Of a stretch of 32,000 bases of DNA, positions 17,846 through 25,218 are shown in pieces. Within the stretch, counting starts at the first letter, position 1; each line of letters opens with the position of its first letter. The stretch covers positions 1-32,000 of the forward strand of contig NZ_JAYKGW010000135.1 of NCBI RefSeq assembly GCF_035285525.1. Reading direction: 5' to 3'. Under the pieces are notes generated by a model. That model searched no databases, was not told the DNA's origin, and worked only from the letters and a program-made list of their open reading frames with translations. The DNA comes from Okeania sp. (GTDB taxonomy: Bacteria; Cyanobacteriota; Cyanobacteriia; Cyanobacteriales; Microcoleaceae). A program made the translations under genes and the position numbers.

Positions 17846-18470
17846 ACCTTATAGGACTTACTTTCGCGCGAAATAGCAGTTTATCCCCTTGTTTATAGCC
17901 AGTGTAACGAATTTTTACCATTTCTCCTTTCTGTACAGACCCGTCCATCAGTTCATGTAACTGGGGGTCAAAAGGAACTTCTGCTCCAACAGTAGCAATA
18001 GATTCTACATTCCATTCTGCCATTAGTTTTTCTACTGGACGTAACAAAGGTAATATTTTGACTGCTGCTAAACTGGGGTTTTGTTTTGCTTTCTCAACAA
18101 CAGTGGGCCATTGTTGTAGCCAAGATTCTAATATTCCTAAACTAGACTGCTGAAACTCTTGCATTAAAAATTTTTTTTGTTGCTCTAATTCTTTCTGGAT
18201 ATTATTATATTTTTGTTCTAATGCTGAGGTGGAAGTTTCTGGTAATCTTTGAGTAAGTTCAGGTGCAAAATTAGTCAATAGTTCTGTTAAAGTTATTCCT
18301 AATGCCTGACTAATTTTGAGTAAAATATCTACTGGCATTCGTGATGCTAACCCACGTTGTAAACGAATAATTTGTAGTTCAGAAACTCCAGCTTTTTGAC
18401 TTAATTCTTTTAAGTTGGAAATACTTCGTTTATCCATGAAACTTTTTAACACAGAAGCATAATTTTTCAT
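17844..18470 (-). CDS. XRE-type HTH domain fused to a GrpE-like domain
   Basis: The N-terminal Cro/C1-type HTH reads ISNLKELSQKAGVSELQIIRLQRG. A central coiled coil reads EQKYNNIQKELEQQKKFLMQEF. The C-terminus VESIATVGAEVPFDPQLHELMDGSVQKGEMVKIRYTGYKQGDKLLFRAKVSP follows the GrpE beta-domain pattern G.e.FDP..H.a....G.V.....GY......lR.A.V.V. Confidence 0.7.
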   Translation of the reverse strand: MKNYASVLKSFMDKRSISNLKELSQKAGVSELQIIRLQRGLASRMPVDILLKISQALGITLTELLTNFAPELTQRLPETSTSALEQKYNNIQKELEQQKKFLMQEFQQSSLGILESWLQQWPTVVEKAKQNPSLAAVKILPLLRPVEKLMAEWNVESIATVGAEVPFDPQLHELMDGSVQKGEMVKIRYTGYKQGDKLLFRAKVSPIR

Positions 18471-18840
18471 ACTAAATTTATTTATTAAACCAGATGATAG
18501 AACTTACTAATACCATACCTATGAACGGTTTTTTTCTAATGTCTATTATTAAAATATATTATATATAAAATTTATTTTACAAAGCGAGTTTCTTTGGGTA
18601 AATCATACAGATATATTTTAATAAGGTTCAGATCAAACCAAAACTCATAAGGTAGAATAGCTCTTGAGATAACATAACTATAAAAAAGCTCCTTTACTGA
18701 ACTGTATTTATATATAAATTAATCTATATTTCTTCCTTTTCTCTCCCCCTTTTCCTTGTAAATCTTTAGCTAATAGCTGACAACTAAACTAAAAGTATAC
18801 TTATTCAGCCGTTTATTAATGGATAATGAATCATAATAGA

Positions 18841-18889
18841 TTAATTATTAATTATCCATTATTAATTATCCATTATTAATTATTAATTA
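18841..18889. repeat. TTAATTA / TCCATTA heptamer array, 7 units
   Basis: Units read ttaatta ttaatta tccatta ttaatta tccatta ttaatta ttaatta. The array covers the stop and the last two codons of dps. Confidence 0.9.
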
Positions 18890-19386
18890 GCTAAGTGTGC
18901 TTCTAAAAACCACAAATATTTGTCAATAGTACGAGAAACTTCTGTATATAAATCTGCTGTATCTGCATCTTTTAATTCATCTGTTTTATCAATTCCTTCT
19001 CGGACTAATTTTGCATATATAGAAAAACGATCTGCCAGTGCTAAAAGATGCTCTTTTCCATCAGTAATTTCATAAGGATATTCTGGCAAATATGAGTCAG
19101 AAGCAGCTATTCTTGCTGTTCCTATTGCTATACCTCCTAAAGCAACAATCCGTTCAGCAAACATATCAATATATTCTTCTAACTCACTAGCCATTTCATC
19201 AAATAATTGATGTAATTGATAAAAATTCATTCCTTTGACATTCCAGTGAGCTTGTTTAACTTGAGTTTTTAAATCAATAGTATTGGCTAATGTATTATTA
19301 ATAATTTCGGCTATTTTCGAGCGGTTTTCTTCTGGTAAATCTATTCGAGATTTGTAAGTATGTTTCTTTAAATCTTCCAGCTTCAT
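18883..19386 (-). CDS. dps: Dps-family DNA-binding ferritin-like protein
   Basis: ATG start, 167 aa. The Dps signature region reads QVKQAHWNVKGMNFYQLHQLFDEMASELEEYIDMFAERI. Confidence 0.9.
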   Translation of the reverse strand: MKLEDLKKHTYKSRIDLPEENRSKIAEIINNTLANTIDLKTQVKQAHWNVKGMNFYQLHQLFDEMASELEEYIDMFAERIVALGGIAIGTARIAASDSYLPEYPYEITDGKEHLLALADRFSIYAKLVREGIDKTDELKDADTADLYTEVSRTIDKYLWFLEAHLAN

Positions 19387-19607
19387 TTTTTTACTCCTAG
19401 ATAAATTTTACTACAGGATAATCATCGAAAAACTAACTAGCTATTAGCTTTGAGTATTCAGCTATCAGCTTTTAGCAACTCTGGGTTTAAATCTAGAGCT
19501 GCCAAAAGTTTACCACTTTGCAAAAAGAATATTACAAAAAAAGTATACAGCAATTCTATTTTATTAAGGTATAGTAATCCTAAATAGGTTGTCAGATTTA
19601 TAAATGC

Positions 19608-19641
19608 GGGGTTTGGTCTCCAAACCCCTACAGTTTTTTTT
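19608..19641 (+). terminator. Orphan terminator-like hairpin plus T8 with no upstream plus-strand gene
   Basis: The stem is ggggtttgg / ccaaacccc (9 bp, loop tct), followed by tacag and tttttttt. It sits inside a dispersed repeat whose other copy (10555-10595) lacks the hairpin. Confidence 0.35.
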
Positions 19642-19892
19642 CTCACAAATCATTCTATATTGCTATATATAGTAATCCTATTTTATTTGTCTATAAAAAT
19701 CCTACTGCTTTTAGGGAATAGGGAACAGGTAATAGTTTCAGTTTTTTTATCTATTTAATTTTTCGCAACATAAGCACGGATTGCTATATCCTGCATCGTA
19801 GATTCTGAAAAATAGTTGCTCCAGTTTATGAGACTTGTTTCCAAAGTCAAGAAATAGGGAATAGAGCTATAAAGTTGTTTTTTTTCAGAACT

Positions 19893-20178
19893 TCGATTGA
19901 TTTAATTTAAACTTTGATAAAGTAATTAATAATTAAATAATTTAGCTAGTCTCTTAGTCAATTCTCTCCCTAAAAAGAAAAAGTAATTAGTGCTTGCTTA
20001 TAGAAATATAAAAGTTTTGATAGGTAAATATTTGAGCATTTTTAGGTTCGGTAAAAGTTCAACTTTTTGTGCATTTCTTCTTCAAAAAGGAGCGTATTTT
20101 GGGGAATATTTGGGTAACAAAATTACTCTCCATCTCCTTAAAAATACTTTTACGGTTCCCGATCAATCAGCAAACCCT
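19893..20178. mobile_element. Degenerate member of the MITE family (right end intact, left end eroded)
   Basis: The right end 20146-20178 is identical to the 33-nt end of the 16871-17237 copies. The left boundary is uncertain (gattgatttaatttaaactttgataaag versus ctgattaaatttcaaagtctttacagataaag). Confidence 0.5.
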
Positions 20179-20213
20179 AATTATTAATTATTAATTATTA
20201 ATTATTCATTATT
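20179..20213. repeat. AATTATT heptamer array, 5 units
   Basis: Units read aattatt four times, then cattatt. The array directly abuts the MITE end, about 60 nt upstream of the SpoIID ORF. Confidence 0.9.
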
Positions 20214-20271
20214 TATCACACTTGATATAATAATTAAGTAAAATGTAAACTTCAGAGATAAAGAAAGAAAA

Positions 20272-21924
20272 TTGTCAGCACAAATATATCAAAAACAAAT
20301 CAAAGCCCCCATTTTAAAGGGGGATTTAGGGGGATTAATCTTCACAACAGCTTTGCTATTAGGATTAGGATTAGGATTAAATATAATGCCAGTCAAAGCT
20401 GTAGAAAAACATAATAAATTACTGAAAATAGGAATTATCCAAAGATTTGGTACTAAACCAACAGATAAAATTATTCTTGAAGCTATTCCTGGAGATAAAT
20501 TAACTTTGCGGTTTAAAACTCCAGCAGGGGAAGAAACTCTGACTACTGAAAAACTAGAATTAAAAATTAAAATGAAACCTCTAGAAAAACCTCTCTTAAA
20601 AGAGCGGTTAATTCTTAGTAGTCACCGTAGTTATGAAAATGCTGAACAAGATGCCCAGTTCTGGAAAAATCAAGGAATAGAAGTAGAAGTAGCTCAACCA
20701 AAAAGATGGAATGTTTGGGCAAAAAGAGATGTCTATAAAACTCCTTTATTACGACGGTTGCTATTAGAAAGTATACAAGATCATAATAATACAAATGTCT
20801 ATCTTGAACTAAAAGCTTTAAAACAAAAACCTACAGCTTACTGGGAGATGAATGGCTATACTTATCATCGCCATGAACTACATATTACTGCTGGGAAAAA
20901 TGAATTTATTATCAATAATCAATTTAACCAAGATACAACTAAACCAGAAAAACGACGTTATGCTGGTTCCTTAAAATTAGAACCTAATGCTTATGGTTCT
21001 TACACATTAGTGAATAATGTACCAATAGAAACTTATATTCGAGGAGTAGTACCCCATGAATTAGGTTCTTGGCCACCAAAAGCATCTTTAGAAGCTCAAA
21101 CTATTTTAGCTAGAACTTATGCACTCAAAAATTTACATCGGTTTGCAGTTGATAATTATGAATTGTGCGCTAATACTCACTGTCAAGTTTATAAAGGATT
21201 AGATGTCTACCCAGAAACAGATGCAGCAGTAGCATCAACTAGGGGAAAAGTGCTAACTTATGAAAACCAATTAATAGATGCAGTTTATTCTGCTGTTAGT
21301 GGGGGTATTACCGCAGATTTTAATGATTTATGGAATGGTGAAGAACGTCCTTATTTACAACCTGTTCTTGATGCGACTAATAATGTTTGGGATTTATCTC
21401 AAAATAGTTTAGCTTCTGAAGAAAATTTCCGTAAGTTTATGAGTATTAAAAAAGGATTTAATGAAGAAAGTTGGAGAGAATTTCGTTGGCGAGAAGTTGT
21501 TAGTTCACCAGGAATAGTTAAATATTTAAAAAGTTATTTTCAAGGAAAAAAAAGCCCTTTTGCTCAATTGCAAAAAATTAAAAAAGTGGAAGTAACGGAG
21601 CGATCGCCTGCTGGTCGTGTTTTGAAAATGACCGTAGAAACGGATATAGGAATTATAGAATTAAATAAAGATGAAGTACAAAATGCTTTTTGGGTTCCTT
21701 GGAGTACATTATTTTATGTAGACCCTATATACAGACCAGACCAAACTTTGTGGGGTTATGCTTTTATTGGGGGTGGATTTGGACATGGAGTAGGTTTGTC
21801 TCAGAAGGGATCTATTAAACTTGCTGAGTTAGGTTGGAGTAGCGATCGCATCCTCGGTTTTTATTTTCCCGGAACTGAAGTCCAATCTCTCAGTGAGTTA
21901 GTTACTCTTGAACAAAAAGAATAA
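20272..21924 (+). CDS. SpoIID/LytB-domain protein (peptidoglycan-remodelling family)
   Basis: ETYIRGVVPHELGSWPPKASLEAQTILARTYALKN, ELCANTHCQVYKG and VYSAVSGGITADFNDLW are typical of the SpoIID/LytB domain. TTG start at 20272 gives a signal-peptide-like N-terminus. The first ATG at 20386 is an alternative start. Confidence 0.88.
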   Translation: MSAQIYQKQIKAPILKGDLGGLIFTTALLLGLGLGLNIMPVKAVEKHNKLLKIGIIQRFGTKPTDKIILEAIPGDKLTLRFKTPAGEETLTTEKLELKIKMKPLEKPLLKERLILSSHRSYENAEQDAQFWKNQGIEVEVAQPKRWNVWAKRDVYKTPLLRRLLLESIQDHNNTNVYLELKALKQKPTAYWEMNGYTYHRHELHITAGKNEFIINNQFNQDTTKPEKRRYAGSLKLEPNAYGSYTLVNNVPIETYIRGVVPHELGSWPPKASLEAQTILARTYALKNLHRFAVDNYELCANTHCQVYKGLDVYPETDAAVASTRGKVLTYENQLIDAVYSAVSGGITADFNDLWNGEERPYLQPVLDATNNVWDLSQNSLASEENFRKFMSIKKGFNEESWREFRWREVVSSPGIVKYLKSYFQGKKSPFAQLQKIKKVEVTERSPAGRVLKMTVETDIGIIELNKDEVQNAFWVPWSTLFYVDPIYRPDQTLWGYAFIGGGFGHGVGLSQKGSIKLAELGWSSDRILGFYFPGTEVQSLSELVTLEQKE

Positions 21925-21949
21925 TAGCGATCAAAACAAAATATATTGG

Positions 21950-21983
21950 TTGTTTATAGTTAATAGAAATTAACTATAAACAA
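21950..21983. terminator. Candidate bidirectional terminator between convergent genes
   Basis: Perfect 15-bp stem ttgtttatagttaat / attaactataaacaa with loop agaa. Both flanks are A/T-rich, with a U-rich tail on the minus-strand reading. The stem is almost all A-T, so it is thermodynamically weak. Confidence 0.4.
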
Positions 21984-22026
21984 TCAAAAAATTTTAAATT
22001 ATTTCACATTCTCAGATAATTGATAA

Positions 22027-22335
22027 TTAACTTATATTTTCTTCTTGGTGAGTCATAATAGTGCAGTCTTTTTTAGGATAAGCTACACAAGTTAGTACAT
22101 ATCCTGCACTGATCTGATCATCATCTAAGAATGACTGATCGCTTTGATCTAAAAAGTCATCTGCGTTACCTTCTACCTTTCCTGTGCAACTTGAGCAAGC
22201 ACCTGCACGACAGGAGTAAGGTAGATCTAAACCTGCTTCTTCCGCAGCATCAAGAATATATGTATCATCTGGACAATCAATAGTTTGATTAATTCCTTCT
22301 GCTTCATTAATCAGAGTAACTTTATATGTAGCCAT
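22027..22335 (-). CDS. Plant-type [2Fe-2S] ferredoxin, variant with a 3-residue loop insertion
   Basis: ATG start, 102 aa. Cluster ligands lie in [13 protein letters not shown]...LTCVAYP. Twelve residues separate the third Cys from DQSDQSF, versus 9 in the two neighbours. Confidence 0.92.
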   Translation of the reverse strand: MATYKVTLINEAEGINQTIDCPDDTYILDAAEEAGLDLPYSCRAGACSSCTGKVEGNADDFLDQSDQSFLDDDQISAGYVLTCVAYPKKDCTIMTHQEENIS

Positions 22336-22392
22336 CTTATTTTTCTCTCAAAATTGGTATATTGATTGATTTAAAATTGTCAACTAAAGTCT

Positions 22393-22755
<363 letters not shown>

Positions 22756-22877
22756 TTAAATCAGAAAAATTTATCAACTCTAATCAATTATTGTATTAAA
22801 TAAGCTGTAGAAAATTGTCATACTGAACTTTTCAATTTTCTGGAAAACAAGTATAAGGATTGTGCAAGATAACCAGC

Positions 22878-22919
22878 AATTCTCACACAACTCTTGGTAT
22901 ATGTGAGAATTACTTTTTT
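22878..22919 (+). promoter_or_regulatory. Perfect 10-bp inverted repeat plus T-run between two ferredoxin genes
   Basis: aattctcaca (22878-22887), a 14-nt spacer, tgtgagaatt (22902-22911), then acttttttg. It is terminator-like on the plus strand although both neighbouring genes are on the minus strand. It lies about 190-230 nt upstream of the petF-like start. Confidence 0.3.
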
Positions 22920-23091
22920 GCTACCTTCCACTACTTAAATGTCTTAGAATTTATCTACCCTTTCCTATCTTTTCGTCAAATAATTTTGCTTTTTGCAACA
23001 GTCGAAAATCTAAGATATCTAAGATTGACAAATTATTTTTTAGACTCTTATGGATCAATCAGGTTTAACAAATTCCTACAGTAGTTAATAA

Positions 23092-23382
<291 letters not shown>

Positions 23383-23632
23383 TTAATCTTCCTCTCTGGA
23401 GTTTATATTTATAATTTAAACTTATACAAATTACTAGGCTTGATTACCTAGAATCTTTGTACTTGTTTTTTTTCTAACTTTGATATTAAAGGAAAAAAGC
23501 CAAGTTGTAAAACCTATTATATTCAAAATTACTATAGAATTTATTATAAATAATTCTAATTTAATCTTAATTACTTATATTTACTTGGCCAATTATATCA
23601 GTTTAAATATTTGGGACATAAATTATATCACG

Positions 23633-23824
23633 AATATATCAAAAGCAAATCAAAGTCTGCCATAAGAGAGACGAGAAACCCGGCTTCTTTAAAAAAGACG
23701 AGAAACCGGGTTTCTAGGATATCCAAAGAAACCCAGTTTATTTGGCTCTCCAATACCTTTATATTCGTCTCCTGTCTTCTGACTCCTTCTGCCAAAAATA
23801 CAATATTCACAACAGCTTTGCTAT
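23633..23824. repeat. Repeat with arms shared with the SpoIID 5' coding region, interrupted by three AGAAACCCGG-type palindromes
   Basis: The left arm aatatatcaaaagcaaatcaaag (23633-23655) matches 20283-20305 at 22 of 23 positions. The right arm ttcacaacagctttgctat (23806-23824) is identical to 20341-20359. The interior contains gagaaacccggcttct, gagaaaccgggtttct and agaaacccagttt. Confidence 0.8.
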
Positions 23825-24890
23825 GACTCAGATAAATATTTCTCCATCAGACTCTCCATCACCCCATCACCCCATTACCCCATCACCTTTTTGCCCCACT
23901 ATCCCAATTAGAATTGGTATTGTGGGAACTGGTTACGCTGCTAAGGCTAGAGCTGAGGCATTAAAACGAGATGAGCTATCCCTTGCGAATGCTGTGCAAA
24001 CGCTGTTAGTCACCATTACAGGCCATACCCCAGAAAAAACCGAAGAATTTAGTCAAACTTTCCAAGTCCAGAGTACAGCCTCTTGGCAACAACTGGTAGA
24101 ACGAGAAGATTTAGATTTAGTCATTATTTCTACTATTAATAGAGATCATGGAGCGATCGCTCGTGCTGCTCTGGAAAATGACAAGCATATTATAGTAGAA
24201 TATCCTCTTTCTCTAGACCCAAGTGAAGCCGAATCATTAATATCTCTAGCAGCCAAAAAAAATAAATTATTGCACGTTGAACATATCGAACTTCTTGGTG
24301 GCCTCCACAATGCCATCAAAGAATCTTTGCCCCAAATTGGTAAAATTTTCTACGCTCGCTACGTCACAATTAATTCTAAACAACCTGCCCCCGAAAAATG
24401 GACTTATCGCTCTTCACTATTTGGCTTTCCTTTTGTCGGAGCGCTTTCTCGTCTGCATCGGTTTACCGATCTATTTGGTAAAGTTAATACTGTTAATTGT
24501 CAAAGTCAGTTTTGGTACAGAGAAGTTGACTTTTATAAAGCCTGTTTATGTACTGTTCAGTTAAGGTTTAATAATAATGTAATTGGGGAAGTTGTTTATG
24601 GCAAAGGGGAAACTTTTTGGCAATCAGAAAACCTCTTTACTCTGTACGGCGAAAAAGGTACATTAATTTTTACTCCCCAACAAGGTCAACTATTACAAGG
24701 AGAAAAAATACAAACTATAGAAGTGGGTTCTAGGCGTGGTTTATTTGCTAAAGATACAAAGATGGTAATTGAAAATTTGTTAAATGGAACTCCTTTATAT
24801 GTAACTCCAGAAGCAAGTTTATATACTTTAAAAGTTGCTGATTATAGTAGAAAATCATCAGAAACGGGAACAACTCTTGAAGTTAAATAA
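23823..24890 (+). CDS. bvdR: Gfo/Idh/MocA-fold oxidoreductase, probable biliverdin reductase
   Basis: ATG at 23823; the track ORF opens at a TTG at 23742 inside repeat DNA. The Rossmann motif reads IRIGIVGTGYAAKARAEAL. LLHVEHIELLGG and FGFPFVGALSRLHRFTDLFGKV parallel human BLVRA [22 protein letters not shown] and my recollection of Synechocystis BvdR. Confidence 0.65.
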   Translation: MTQINISPSDSPSPHHPITPSPFCPTIPIRIGIVGTGYAAKARAEALKRDELSLANAVQTLLVTITGHTPEKTEEFSQTFQVQSTASWQQLVEREDLDLVIISTINRDHGAIARAALENDKHIIVEYPLSLDPSEAESLISLAAKKNKLLHVEHIELLGGLHNAIKESLPQIGKIFYARYVTINSKQPAPEKWTYRSSLFGFPFVGALSRLHRFTDLFGKVNTVNCQSQFWYREVDFYKACLCTVQLRFNNNVIGEVVYGKGETFWQSENLFTLYGEKGTLIFTPQQGQLLQGEKIQTIEVGSRRGLFAKDTKMVIENLLNGTPLYVTPEASLYTLKVADYSRKSSETGTTLEVK

Positions 24891-24894
24891 ATAA

Positions 24895-24915
24895 GGGAAT
24901 AGGGAATGGGCAATA
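24895..24915. repeat. GGGAATA heptamer array (3 units)
   Basis: gggaata gggaatg ggcaata followed by gtttca. The near-identical block gggaatagggaacaggtaatagtttca is at 19714-19740. Confidence 0.85.
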
Positions 24916-24920
24916 GTTTC

Positions 24921-25118
24921 ATCACACCCAGAAACCCGGTTTCTTATAGCGCTTTTCAAATGAATGAACCACATCGTCATAACCAAAATGTTGTAGGGAC
25001 GTTGCATGCAACGTCCCTACTGTGGTTTACCGAGATGAAAAGCGCTGTAACACCCAGAAACCCAGCTTCACAATACCCAGAAACCCGGTTTCTTGAAGAA
25101 ACCGGGTTTCTCTGTGAC
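24921..25118. mobile_element. Hairpin-rich palindromic MITE-like element
   Basis: The ends cacccagaaacccggtttctt (left) and aagaaaccgggtttctctgtg (right) are inverted. A perfect 28-bp palindrome gtagggacgttgcatgcaacgtccctac is at 24993-25020, flanked by inverted agcgcttttca / tgaaaagcgct. A perfect 33-nt palindrome is at 25079-25111. Confidence 0.75.
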
Positions 25119-25164
25119 AGCCGTTATTGCTAATTAGTCATCTTCAGATGACTTTAGCTTTGAG

Positions 25165-25192
25165 CCAAGGAATTAATTCCTTGGCGGTTTTT
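25165..25192 (+). terminator. Candidate intrinsic terminator between convergent genes
   Basis: Perfect 20-bp palindrome ccaaggaattaattccttgg followed by cggttttt. A smaller hairpin gtcatcttcagatgac lies at 25137-25152. Confidence 0.5.
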
Positions 25193-25218
25193 GCTAATAG
25201 CTGATAGCTATAGCTAAC

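Noticed and set aside
19416-19427. Fur-box-like GGATAATCATCG about 30-40 nt upstream of the dps start
   Set aside because: Only about half of the 19-bp Fur consensus is matched, and an AT-rich background makes this weak. It is worth a look only if a genome-wide Fur matrix scores it.
23742-23822. A 27-codon N-terminal extension of the bvdR-like ORF
   Set aside because: It starts at TTG inside repeat DNA. The ATG at 23823 leaves a normal distance to the Rossmann GxGxxA motif.
24906-25133. A 75-aa ORF (MGNSFITPRNPVSY...ETRFLEETGFL). The same applies to 23480-23665, 23628-23810, 19458-19646, 19990-20187, 22860-23084 and 31261-31479.
   Set aside because: They are read entirely or largely through palindromic or MITE repeats or AT-rich spacer. 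Peptides such as RNPVS/ETRFL are the translation of AGAAACCCGGTTTCT palindromes, not protein signal.
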